Virus record (IMG/VR): IMGVR_UViG_3300043410_001242
Strand: one strand, 5' to 3'
From: a virus
DNA: 64,000 nt
Part shown: positions 8,794 to 17,440 of the stretch, piece after piece
Position numbering within the stretch: the first letter of the stretch is position 1
Layout: each line of letters starts with the position of its first letter
Translations under genes and position numbers: made by a program
Notes under the pieces: generated by a model
What the model was told of the DNA's origin: nothing
The model's database searches: none
The model's input: only the letters and a program-made list of their open reading frames with translations

Positions 8794-9137
8794 TGAATCC
8801 TAAAGAACTCATTTTACAAGTGGAAAGGGCTATTCAATTCGGTAGAATGGATGATTGGAAAGTAGTAATTCCGGTCAGACGAATTGGTTCTATTGGTGGT
8901 ACTCCTTGTGTTAATATTGAATTAGTTAGTGCTGGATTTGATTGGGATGCAGGTAAAATCTTTCTTAATACTGAAGAAGAACTGCGTGTTATTGGTGTTG
9001 ATGAAATCAAGGCACTTAAAGATGAATATAAGGAGTTAGGTTGGAAATACTCCCAGATTAGTGGTTTAAAGCGAGAAAATAAGAAACTGAAAGAAAGAAT
9101 TAAGGAATTGGAGAATAAGTATGAATCCAGTAATTAA
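8793..9137 (+). CDS. Hypothetical protein, paralog B of 6613
   Basis: First 52 codons nearly identical to 6613. Confidence 0.75.
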   Translation: MNPKELILQVERAIQFGRMDDWKVVIPVRRIGSIGGTPCVNIELVSAGFDWDAGKIFLNTEEELRVIGVDEIKALKDEYKELGWKYSQISGLKRENKKLKERIKELENKYESSN

Positions 9138-9342
9138 AAAGTTAGCAGAAGAAGCTGGTTTCTGTTTTTGGAGTGATGAAGAATGGAAACCGCATGGTGC
9201 TATTATTGATTGGAGTGCAGACTACGATAAAGAATTCCAGAAGTATACTGAACTCTTGATTAAGGAATGTATTAAAGAATTAAAATCTGTTGATGGTTAT
9301 TATTTTGGTGAATTCTTAGCTCAAAAATTTGGTATTGAATAA
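9121..9342 (+). CDS. Hypothetical protein, HFGVE family
   Basis: IKKLAEEAGF...ELLIKEC...KFGIE. Confidence 0.65.
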   Translation: MNPVIKKLAEEAGFCFWSDEEWKPHGAIIDWSADYDKEFQKYTELLIKECIKELKSVDGYYFGEFLAQKFGIE

Positions 9343-9593
9343 TGGATTGGAACAAACAACCTACATTAAAAGAATTTGTAACTATCTTTGATGATTATGT
9401 AAAAGAAATTGGTTGCATGGATAATGAAGATGGTTATATCGCATCACACAAAATTGTTGGAGATATTCGTATTCAAGATGACTCGGATGATGTGGTATAT
9501 GAAATTGTTGGATTGGATGTAAATCAACTTGGTGGTTGTGGTTGTTGGTCTGATATTATTATCAAGATTAAGAGGGTTAATAATGAAAGTTAA
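9342..9593 (+). CDS. Hypothetical protein
   Basis: Coupled ORF; GCGCW. Confidence 0.6.
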   Translation: MDWNKQPTLKEFVTIFDDYVKEIGCMDNEDGYIASHKIVGDIRIQDDSDDVVYEIVGLDVNQLGGCGCWSDIIIKIKRVNNES

Positions 9594-9816
9594 AGAACTG
9601 ATTGAAGCATTATCAAAGTATGATCCAGAACTTGAAGTCCAAGCATTTTCTGATATGGGTCCAGTGATTAGCGAACCAACATTGTTTCGTGGCAGATACG
9701 AAGACCCTGATAATACTAAATGTGCCTTTGTGTGGAAGGATGGTCTTTTTGTTGGTTTCGGAAACCCTAATGATTATGACCTTGACCATGAAGTATATGA
9801 GGTAATGGAACATTGA
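9583..9816 (+). CDS. Hypothetical protein, MKVKELIE.LS family
   Basis: N-terminus paralogous to 13170. Confidence 0.65.
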   Translation: MKVKELIEALSKYDPELEVQAFSDMGPVISEPTLFRGRYEDPDNTKCAFVWKDGLFVGFGNPNDYDLDHEVYEVMEH

Positions 9817-10049
9817 ACGAAAAGATTAGAGACCTTTTAGTTATTTGTGGTATGCCAAATGAACAAATAATGGAAATCCTTGAAGATCGGAAACAATCAT
9901 TCTATATTAATAATTTTGCAGAATTGATTGTTAAGGAATGTATTGAAGTTATCAATGATAATGTGGAAGTCGCATTAAGTGCTACTGGAAATGTAGTATT
10001 TGAAGATGAATTGTTGAAGAAACATTTTGGTATTGAAATTGAAAACTAA
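9813..10049 (+). CDS. Hypothetical protein, HFGVE family
   Basis: FAELIVKEC...LKKHFGIE. Confidence 0.6.
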   Translation: MNEKIRDLLVICGMPNEQIMEILEDRKQSFYINNFAELIVKECIEVINDNVEVALSATGNVVFEDELLKKHFGIEIEN

Positions 10050-10425
10050 ATTAATTACTGCCGCAGAAGCAAGAGGAATGCGAGAAGAATGTATCACTAA
10101 TTTTAAAATTATTGGTATGGACAAGTATATCAAACATATTAATAAGATTGTTAAGGATGCCACTTCAGAAGGCAAATGGGTATCTCAAACAATTATACAT
10201 TATTATCCAGATGCAAATTATGATAAAGTATTGGATGAATTGTCAAATGAAAAGATGCAAGTATTGATTGAACATTTGAAAGAGAATGGATACCAAGCTA
10301 TGGTATATAATAATTGTTTCTATCTTTCTTGGGATATTCCAGAAGAAAAACCAGCACCTGTAAAGGAAGAACCAAAGAAGAAATCTTGGTGGGAAATGTA
10401 TTGGAATTGCTGGAATTGGAAATGA
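10027..10425 (+). CDS. Hypothetical protein
   Basis: ORF track. Confidence 0.55.
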   Translation: MVLKLKTKLITAAEARGMREECITNFKIIGMDKYIKHINKIVKDATSEGKWVSQTIIHYYPDANYDKVLDELSNEKMQVLIEHLKENGYQAMVYNNCFYLSWDIPEEKPAPVKEEPKKKSWWEMYWNCWNWK

Positions 10426-10569
10426 AAGTCTTTGTAGTGGTATGGGGTATATCTGGTCTGATTCGTGTGATGGGTGTATATACCAAATATGAATCAGCAG
10501 AATCCAAACTATTGGAAATGAAGAATAACCAAATACAGGGTTTCTACCGTATAGTGGAATCGGAAGTAT

Positions 10570-10842
10570 ATGATTAGATATAATACAAACTGGATGGGTC
10601 CAATTAATACTGAATGGATTAAAAAGAATGGTGATGATTGGTCTGGTGGTCGTATTGATGTATGGGGTACTGATGAACCATATGGAGTGGAAATCGGTAT
10701 TCCTATTATGAAATCAGAAGATTGGCATAGATTTGGAAATTGGTTATGGAATTTTGAAACTGATACCGTTTGGACTCTGGATGAATTAGTCAAAGAATAT
10801 GAAAAGAATCACTATAATATAACATGGTGGAAGAATGAATAA
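10570..10842 (+). CDS. Trp-rich hypothetical protein
   Basis: ORF track. Confidence 0.65.
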   Translation: MIRYNTNWMGPINTEWIKKNGDDWSGGRIDVWGTDEPYGVEIGIPIMKSEDWHRFGNWLWNFETDTVWTLDELVKEYEKNHYNITWWKNE

Positions 10843-11200
10843 AGAAGATTTTGAATTACTGGGGTTTATAACAGAAATCCTTCCTTCTGGTTATATTAAT
10901 ATCAGCAATAAACAACCTTTCCGTTATAATGGTTCGACCACCATTATCTGTTATAAGGGTGGTCACTATATTAGGACCACCAACCACAAAACCTTGGACT
11001 CACTGTTTTCTGGTTTGTTCGAACTCAACACCATCGAACCATCCTCCGTAAATCCTGCCAAGCCGGTCAAGAAAAAGACCAAGGCCACCACTCCGGTGCA
11101 GGAGGACGCCTTTGAACCCCTTACAAATCAAGACCTTACGGCATTCTTGGTGTCCTCATCCGAGGCACCAGTCAAACCCAAACGCCGGCGCAAAGCCTGA
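10835..11200 (+). CDS. Hypothetical protein with basic low-complexity tail
   Basis: ORF track. Confidence 0.6.
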   Translation: MNKEDFELLGFITEILPSGYINISNKQPFRYNGSTTIICYKGGHYIRTTNHKTLDSLFSGLFELNTIEPSSVNPAKPVKKKTKATTPVQEDAFEPLTNQDLTAFLVSSSEAPVKPKRRRKA

Positions 11201-11269
11201 TTGTTCACTTCCACGAAGCAGATTGTTTCATCTCCGCTGGCTTGCAATCCTGGCCACTTGTGATAGAAT
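11199..11269 (+). promoter_or_regulatory. Early promoter cassette copy 4
   Basis: GATTGTTCA (11199), GATTGTTTC (11221), TTGCAA (11242), 16 nt, TAGAAT (11264). Confidence 0.75.
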
Positions 11270-11311
11270 GTGTCCATAGTTTGAGAGATTGATACATTTT
11301 TTGGAGTTTAT

Positions 11312-11494
11312 ATGGAAAAGTTTGTTTTTGTTGTTTCTAAGTTTGACCGTCTGGATATGCGGATGGGTGTGGTCAGCGACCACTTCAATACTAAAGAAGA
11401 AGCTGAGAAATACTGGTGGGAAACTGTCCAGAAGAATCTGGATTTAGTTCAGAAAGGTTATAATTATTATGTCGAATCCCTTCGGGTTGCTTAA
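11312..11494 (+). CDS. Hypothetical protein
   Basis: GGAG RBS. Confidence 0.6.
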   Translation: MEKFVFVVSKFDRLDMRMGVVSDHFNTKEEAEKYWWETVQKNLDLVQKGYNYYVESLRVA

Positions 11495-11506
11495 TTAGGA
11501 GTTATT

Positions 11507-11716
11507 ATGTGGAATCTTGAAGGTTTGTATATTTCTGGTAAATACTACGATAAACCCTTTACTGGTAAAGTGACTTCCTCTCGCGTTAAACTGGGTGGTA
11601 CTGTCGTGCATTATGTTACTTTCCCCGAACCACAACCCATTGGTTTTCGTGGTGAAATGCGTGATGGTATCATGGTAGAACACGCATGGGTTGAAAAAGT
11701 AATGAGTAACATTTAA
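11507..11716 (+). CDS. Conserved phage hypothetical protein
   Basis: MWNLEG...GKV..SRVKLGGTVVHYV. Confidence 0.7.
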   Translation: MWNLEGLYISGKYYDKPFTGKVTSSRVKLGGTVVHYVTFPEPQPIGFRGEMRDGIMVEHAWVEKVMSNI

Positions 11717-11730
11717 TTAGGAGATATATT

Positions 11731-11928
11731 ATGTCTAAGTTTGATATTAATGGTTTGGCTGAGGCCCTTGCAGAAAAGTCTGTTGATGAAATGGATGTTG
11801 GTACACTAATGCAAATTGTATATGAAATGCAATTGGATGTATTTAATGATATGTCTGAAGCTGAACTATTGAATGAAGCCGATTGGGTCGGTATTGATAT
11901 TAACCAGTTTCAAATTGAAGGAGAATAA
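11731..11928 (+). CDS. Acidic hypothetical protein
   Basis: AGGAG RBS. Confidence 0.65.
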   Translation: MSKFDINGLAEALAEKSVDEMDVGTLMQIVYEMQLDVFNDMSEAELLNEADWVGIDINQFQIEGE

Positions 11929-11930
11929 TT

Positions 11931-12425
11931 ATGGGTCTTGATATGTATTTTAATGCAAAGCGTTATATTTCTGAATGGAATGACGCAGATAAGGAATTGC
12001 AGACTAAGGTAAAGGATGTTGTTGCACCTTTTATTGATGATTGGAAAGTGCAAGAGGTTACTTATAAGGTAGGATATTGGCGCAAGGCCAATGCAATCCA
12101 TAACTGGTTTGTGCAGAATGTCCAAGATGGTGAAGATGATTGTAAGGAGTATTACGTTTCCGGTGAATCTATTCGTGATCTATATGATACCGTTGTTGAA
12201 TGTCTTGATGGTGGTGTAGAGGTGGCGAAAGAGAAACTTGCTCCCCAAGAAGGTTTCTTCTTTGGTTCTACCATTATTGATGATTATTATTGGCAAGATT
12301 TGGAAGATACCAAGAGGATGCTTCAACCCATTATTGATGCTTATAATGAAGCAAAGGAATTGGGTAATGAATCATATAAACACCCGATTTATCAGTATGA
12401 GTTCTATTATCAGAGTTCTTGGTGA
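11931..12425 (+). CDS. Conserved phage protein (MGLDMY/YWRKANAIH family)
   Basis: MGLDMYF...YWRKANAIHNWF...GFFFGS...YQSSW. Confidence 0.8.
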   Translation: MGLDMYFNAKRYISEWNDADKELQTKVKDVVAPFIDDWKVQEVTYKVGYWRKANAIHNWFVQNVQDGEDDCKEYYVSGESIRDLYDTVVECLDGGVEVAKEKLAPQEGFFFGSTIIDDYYWQDLEDTKRMLQPIIDAYNEAKELGNESYKHPIYQYEFYYQSSW

Positions 12426-12428
12426 GTT

Positions 12429-12671
12429 ATGAGTGGTTCTAAATCTTTTATTTCGAGTCTTGCAGGTAATTGGGCTTCAGAACAACCATATGGTCTATAT
12501 GAAAAATGGTTTGAATTGGAGAGGTGGGATTTATGGGCATTTGGTCCATTTAAATGGTATGCAAGAAACCATTATCGCAAGATGAAACAAAGGGCTTTGG
12601 CCAGTAGGTGTCGTGCGGTAATTATTCGGGATCGTGCAGAAAGAACTATTTTTGAAGGTGAAGAGGATTAA
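12429..12671 (+). CDS. Hypothetical protein
   Basis: ORF track. Confidence 0.55.
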   Translation: MSGSKSFISSLAGNWASEQPYGLYEKWFELERWDLWAFGPFKWYARNHYRKMKQRALASRCRAVIIRDRAERTIFEGEED

Positions 12672-12672
12672 T

Positions 12673-13167
12673 ATGTTTGTTCGTAATGTAATTGGTGGTC
12701 TGGTAATGTCTCTGGTATCTGGTGTGGTAATGGCTGACAAGGCACCAGAGGTAAACAAGTATAAGTCGCTCGAGTTATACAATGCACATAAGGGTATTGT
12801 ATTCAATCAGGTAGAAGAATTCAAGTGTCTTGCAGAAAATATCTATTATGAATCAAGAGGTGAACCTTATATTGGCAAGATTGCAGTAGCTCAGATTACA
12901 TTCAATCGTGCAGAAAAGGTTGGTTCTTTCTGTGAAGTGGTACACAAACCGAAGCAGTTCTCTTGGACTCTTAATAAGGATATCAAGAAACCTCACGGTA
13001 AAGAGTGGGAGGCCTCTGTCCATGCTGCCAGTATGTTCGCTCATGGTGTTCGTGTGAGAAACCTGGAAAAAGTGGAACACTACCACACGGGTTATGTGAA
13101 TCCAGTCTGGGATAATAACATGGTCAAGGTAGCAACCATTGGTGGCCATGATTTTTATGGAGAATAG
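12673..13167 (+). CDS. Cell wall hydrolase (SleB/Hydrolase_2 family)
   Basis: Signal peptide; CLAENIYYESRGE, QFSWT, HYH..V.P.W, IGGHDFY. Confidence 0.9.
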   Translation: MFVRNVIGGLVMSLVSGVVMADKAPEVNKYKSLELYNAHKGIVFNQVEEFKCLAENIYYESRGEPYIGKIAVAQITFNRAEKVGSFCEVVHKPKQFSWTLNKDIKKPHGKEWEASVHAASMFAHGVRVRNLEKVEHYHTGYVNPVWDNNMVKVATIGGHDFYGE

Positions 13168-13169
13168 TA

Positions 13170-13415
13170 ATGAAAGTCAAAGAATTGATTGAAAACCTTT
13201 CTGAATTGGATCAAGAATCTTACCTTTTTGTTCATGGTTATGAAGGTGGATATAATGATGTTGGTTTTTGTAGTGATGAAATCCAAATGGTAAGGGATGT
13301 TAATGATGCATGGTATTATGGTAAACATGAACTTTTGGAAGACAAATGGCAAATTAGACATATTAATCTTGATACCAAAGTAGTTGATAAAGGTTACATT
13401 ATTGGAGCAGATTAG
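13170..13415 (+). CDS. Hypothetical protein, MKVKELIE family
   Basis: GYEGGYND motif. Confidence 0.7.
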   Translation: MKVKELIENLSELDQESYLFVHGYEGGYNDVGFCSDEIQMVRDVNDAWYYGKHELLEDKWQIRHINLDTKVVDKGYIIGAD

Positions 13416-13600
13416 TGGAACCCAGTAAAGAATGGATAGAGGATTGTATGCATTTTCATGGAAAGGTATTAACAGGGAAGTATTCCCATTGGTGTCCTGA
13501 TTGGGATTATTTGCCAATAGACGAAACCTGTGAACCGGAGTTTGGATGTTGTCTTTGTGGATATAGGAGAATTACAGATAATGATTGTAACACGAAATAA
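13415..13600 (+). CDS. Cys/His-rich small protein
   Basis: EDC.HF.GKVLTGKY.HWC.DWDYL..DETC shared with 8350. Confidence 0.65.
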   Translation: MEPSKEWIEDCMHFHGKVLTGKYSHWCPDWDYLPIDETCEPEFGCCLCGYRRITDNDCNTK

Positions 13601-13826
13601 TATTAAAGAATGTCATGTCAATACTCTTGATGCAGTATATCAGTCCGACTATTATATCAGTCTATTACCCGATTGGGAACCAGAAACTACACAAGAGATT
13701 ATAACCTATTGGAATAAATTCTGGATGAATCTGCCTGATAATAAGAGTATTCACCGCGATCCTTTCTATCAGGTTTGTGATATTGCAGAATGTGTATTTG
13801 ATGAACAATTTTATGAGGATGAATAA
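13581..13826 (+). CDS. Hypothetical protein
   Basis: GGAG RBS before MIVTRNN. Confidence 0.55.
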   Translation: MIVTRNNIKECHVNTLDAVYQSDYYISLLPDWEPETTQEIITYWNKFWMNLPDNKSIHRDPFYQVCDIAECVFDEQFYEDE

Positions 13827-14023
13827 TGGAAATTCTTGATTGTATGTGGTTTTCTGGTAGAACTAGTGTTGGTATTGTAAAAGTTAAGGATGAATATGAA
13901 GGAGTGAAATACTATATTGGTTCTGCAATGGGTATTAAAGAAAAAGATGATATGCAACATATTGCAGATTGGGGTGCGACATTCCCTAAATCTGCCGGTG
14001 ATGTTTTGTTTGGAGTAAATTAA
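13826..14023 (+). CDS. Conserved phage hypothetical protein
   Basis: VGIVKV...KYYIG...HIADWGATFP. Confidence 0.7.
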   Translation: MEILDCMWFSGRTSVGIVKVKDEYEGVKYYIGSAMGIKEKDDMQHIADWGATFPKSAGDVLFGVN

Positions 14024-14208
14024 TGAATAGTAATACTAAAATGACTTTGGTTATCTTCTTGTCTTTGGTTTTTGTTGTATTTGGACCAATTTTAGTTATT
14101 TGGTCTCTGAATACTCTATTCAAACTGAATATTGAATATAATTTTAATACATGGGCAGCTACTGCATTTCTAAGTAGTGTTATTGCTGGTGCACCTAGGA
14201 AATCTTAA
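14023..14208 (+). CDS. Small membrane protein
   Basis: GPILVIWSLNTLF...Y.F.TW.A. Confidence 0.7.
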   Translation: MNSNTKMTLVIFLSLVFVVFGPILVIWSLNTLFKLNIEYNFNTWAATAFLSSVIAGAPRKS

Positions 14209-14221
14209 TAAGGAGATAATT

Positions 14222-14407
14222 ATGACATATCGTGATCTTTTGGACAATCTTCAGCTCATGTCTGAACTGGAACCATCTATGCTTAATCGTACTGTAATGG
14301 CTTCTTATGAAGATGCTGAATTCTTCTCTGTGGACAATATCATGGTAGAACCTCTTGGTAATGATTTCCATGATAATAAGCAACCACTATTGGTTCTTGG
14401 TAATTAA
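14222..14407 (+). CDS. Hypothetical protein
   Basis: AAGGAG RBS before MTYRDLL. Confidence 0.6.
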   Translation: MTYRDLLDNLQLMSELEPSMLNRTVMASYEDAEFFSVDNIMVEPLGNDFHDNKQPLLVLGN

Positions 14408-14432
14408 TTCATCATTAACGGAGGACATACCT

Positions 14433-14618
14433 ATGGTAACTAAAAATGAAACTTTTGTCAATACTCTGAGTCAAATTAATTTGCTGGTTTTTTATATTGT
14501 GGGTCTAATGTCATTGTCCAGTTTTGTTCTGGGACATTATGAAAAGTTCGGGTTTCAATTAATCATTGCACTTTTGAATCTGTATACCTATTTTGATTTA
14601 ACGGAGGATAAAGAATGA
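14433..14618 (+). CDS. Small membrane protein
   Basis: GGAGG RBS; two hydrophobic segments. Confidence 0.55.
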   Translation: MVTKNETFVNTLSQINLLVFYIVGLMSLSSFVLGHYEKFGFQLIIALLNLYTYFDLTEDKE

Positions 14619-14793
14619 ATGTATGGATGTTGGTCATTCTGTTCAATTCAACGACAGATTCCAAAATGGCAATTTATACAACCGAACAGGAGTGCAGAAA
14701 AGTTTTGCCTATTGTGAAAGAAATGAACAAAGATGATACTGATATTAGTTTAATTGATTGTATGAAAGGAAGAATTGTAAAGGAGAAAAAGTA

Positions 14794-15012
14794 ATGTTAT
14801 TTGACTTTCTGTTTAAGAACAGAAGTGGAGACACTTCTATTAATGAACGTATTGATAATCAGGAGTTTACTGATAGTGAAATTGAGAATCTAGTAAAGGA
14901 TGAATTGAAAGTCCTCACCCTTGGTGAATTGGTTGACTATTATTTTGAAACCAGGTGTAGAGAACTTGATAAGATTAAACCTAAGACACGAAAGAAAAAG
15001 GTTGCCAAGTGA
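14794..15012 (+). CDS. Hypothetical protein
   Basis: AGGAG RBS. Confidence 0.55.
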   Translation: MLFDFLFKNRSGDTSINERIDNQEFTDSEIENLVKDELKVLTLGELVDYYFETRCRELDKIKPKTRKKKVAK

Positions 15013-15196
15013 GTGGTACTGTGTTAGGATTACGTTTCTTGACCAGTAGTGATACTAGGGGACGACCTATTACAGTCCTACAATACAAGAATGATCTTGG
15101 TGAGTGGGTGGACGTTCCCTATGCATATACTGAAGAGGTTATGAATGACCACCACACCGACTGGTCAAAACATTTTTCAAACAACCAGTAATTATT

Positions 15197-15382
15197 ATGA
15201 TTTATCTTCTTGAAACCACAAACTGGACAGACAATACTCCCAATCACATATATATTTTCGATAATAAAAAATCATCTAAATGCATTGGTTATATCAAAGA
15301 CGGAACTCTTGATATTGAATTTTTCAAAAAACCTATGCCTTTTGATAAGAAGAAAAGAACATTTAAAGAAATAAAGGTGTAG
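15197..15382 (+). CDS. Conserved phage hypothetical protein
   Basis: ETTNW..PNHIY...GYIK...FDKKKRTF. Confidence 0.7.
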   Translation: MIYLLETTNWTDNTPNHIYIFDNKKSSKCIGYIKDGTLDIEFFKKPMPFDKKKRTFKEIKV

Positions 15383-15558
15383 TATGTTTATAGCCGTCAA
15401 ACTTATAATCTATATTATTGCGGCCCATACATTGTATACTCATGGAATTGACCCAACAAAGAAACTTATGGATTTTATAGTTTTGATGAGCTGCGTTTTG
15501 TTTATGGACGTTATTTCTTATTTTTCTGCTAAATATACTTTTGAAAAGGAACAAATGA

Positions 15559-15996
15559 ATGACAGAAAAGACTGAAATAGATGATGATTGTGGTTGTAAT
15601 TCACAATCATCACAAGAACATAACGAAAGAGAATTTGAAAAGATTAAGGATTCAATGGAATCCACTAGAGAGAATCTAAATTCAATGTTCGACAAAATAA
15701 AAGATATGAATTTGGATTTTTCAAGATTCTCCAACCTTGAAAAGGATGTCAGAGAAATGACCCAGTATATGCGATCTGGTGACTTTCTAAAATCTATGGA
15801 AGGAGTATTGGAAAAAGCAAATGTTGACACATCAGTTCTATCAAAGATGAATACTATAAACCCACAGGTTTATAGTCCATTTAAACAAAAAGAAAAACAA
15901 CCCATCGGATACGTTTGGATTGATGAGAGTGGAGAACAGAAGTTTTCTCCTGAAAAACCAGACGATATTGTATCAATGCCAGTATATGGTGAATAA
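15559..15996 (+). CDS. Hypothetical protein
   Basis: ORF track. Confidence 0.6.
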   Translation: MTEKTEIDDDCGCNSQSSQEHNEREFEKIKDSMESTRENLNSMFDKIKDMNLDFSRFSNLEKDVREMTQYMRSGDFLKSMEGVLEKANVDTSVLSKMNTINPQVYSPFKQKEKQPIGYVWIDESGEQKFSPEKPDDIVSMPVYGE

Positions 15997-16295
15997 TGAA
16001 TATTCTAGAATTTATTAGACAAGGCGGAAAATGTAAATCCGCAGCAGGACATTGGTTTCATCTGACAGATATTGTTGAGGGTGAACAATACCCTATTAAA
16101 GGTACACTCATTCACAATAATGAACCATTCAAATATGAATGGGCAGAAGATGGAACTCCAAGCAATTTGCCATATACCCATTGCCTGGATTTGGTGCCTG
16201 TTATTGAAGTTATCAAATACAAAATGGTCGATAAAAAAGAATTGGCCAAATATGATAATATCGAGGACTTTAAAAGTGCTTGCAAAACTGATTGA
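15996..16295 (+). CDS. Hypothetical protein
   Basis: YPIKG...W..DG...LDL. Confidence 0.65.
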   Translation: MNILEFIRQGGKCKSAAGHWFHLTDIVEGEQYPIKGTLIHNNEPFKYEWAEDGTPSNLPYTHCLDLVPVIEVIKYKMVDKKELAKYDNIEDFKSACKTD

Positions 16296-16438
16296 TGAAG
16301 TTCTGGCCAGGATCGTCCTGGTCGCTCTTGGTGTTCTTGTCATTGTCCTTGCGTTGGTGTCTCCTACCCGTTGCCTGTTCGCTCTCCGATACGCCTTCCT
16401 TCAAGACTCAGCCTTGAGTCGAATCTGTAACGACTGCT

Positions 16439-16509
16439 GATTGTTTCTTCCTAGTCAGCAGACTGTTTCACGGCCAGCGGCTTGCAATACTGGCCCTCTC
16501 CTGTATAAT
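16439..16509 (+). promoter_or_regulatory. Early promoter cassette copy 5
   Basis: GATTGTTTC (16439), GACTGTTTC (16461), TTGCAA (16482), 16 nt, TATAAT (16504). Confidence 0.8.
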
Positions 16510-16567
16510 GACTCCATAAATTGAGTGAACGAACTATTTTTTGTTATTTTTATTTGGAGATTATATT

Positions 16568-17380
16568 ATGCCTCGTGGTATTCCTAAGTCTGGTTTTCGT
16601 ATGACCAAGAATCGTGCTGCTTCTATTGTTGCAGAAGTACCAGTATCCCGTTTTTCAATCAACCAGCGTTTCGGTTTCGTATCTGACATGGTGTCCATGC
16701 TCGCTAACGGTGAGCAGGCCTCTGTTGTTGTTACTGGTCCTGGCGGTCTTGGTAAGTCACACACCGTATACCAGTCTCTTGTCAAGTCTGGTTTCAAAGA
16801 TGTTACCACCCTTGACGGTTTCGATGCTGGCACCGTTCTTGGTAAGAAAACCTTTGTTGTAGTCAAGGGTTACTCTACTGCTAAGGGTTTGTATCGTACT
16901 TTGTTCGAGAACCGTAACGGGGTTATCGTATTCGATGACTGTGATTCGGTACTCAAGGATCCAGTATCTCTTAACATTCTCAAGGGTGCTCTTGATTCTT
17001 ATTCAAAGCGTATTATCTCTTACAAGGCTGATATTCGTGATGATGACCTGCCTAATGTATTCGAGTTCAAAGGTCGCGTAGTATTCATCTCAAATCTTGG
17101 TTCTAATCAGCTGGATCAGGCCATTATCTCACGTTCAATGGCTGTTGATTTGACTATGACTCCCGATCAGAAAGTTGATCGTATGCGTTACCTTATCGAA
17201 CAGTCTGACTTTATGCCAGAGTTTAATAAGTCTCTCAAGGTAGATGCTCTTGATCTTATTTCTTCTCTTGCTGGTACCGTCAAAGACTTGTCGCTTCGCA
17301 CTCTTATTCAGGTAACTAAGATTCGCAAGTCAGCAGGTGCCAATTGGCGTGATCTTGCAGAGTATGCAATCTGTGGTTAA
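16568..17380 (+). CDS. P-loop (AAA-like) ATPase
   Basis: Walker A GPGGLGKS; Walker B VIVFDDCD; VFISN; SRS. Confidence 0.85.
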   Translation: MPRGIPKSGFRMTKNRAASIVAEVPVSRFSINQRFGFVSDMVSMLANGEQASVVVTGPGGLGKSHTVYQSLVKSGFKDVTTLDGFDAGTVLGKKTFVVVKGYSTAKGLYRTLFENRNGVIVFDDCDSVLKDPVSLNILKGALDSYSKRIISYKADIRDDDLPNVFEFKGRVVFISNLGSNQLDQAIISRSMAVDLTMTPDQKVDRMRYLIEQSDFMPEFNKSLKVDALDLISSLAGTVKDLSLRTLIQVTKIRKSAGANWRDLAEYAICG

Positions 17381-17381
17381 C

Positions 17382-17410
17382 TTGACAAAGTTATAAAAAT
17401 GTATTATAAT
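17382..17410 (+). promoter_or_regulatory. Sigma70 promoter
   Basis: TTGACA-17-TATAAT. Confidence 0.8.
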
Positions 17411-17440
17411 GTATTCTCAAATCGAAAATTGGTGATGTAG

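Noticed and set aside
3252-11138. IHF-like WATCAANNNNTTR sites at 3252 and 11126, upstream of cassettes 2 and 4
   Set aside because: Present before only two of five cassettes, at different distances, in an AT-rich genome.
16072-16440. 122-aa ORF with hydrophobic tail
   Set aside because: Largely overlaps 15996-16295 out of frame; a short membrane peptide from ~16292 is possible but has no clear start.
215-16509. CRISPR-like array from GAYTGTTTC repeats
   Set aside because: Only pairs of 9-mers dispersed over kilobases, each tied to a promoter; no cas genes.
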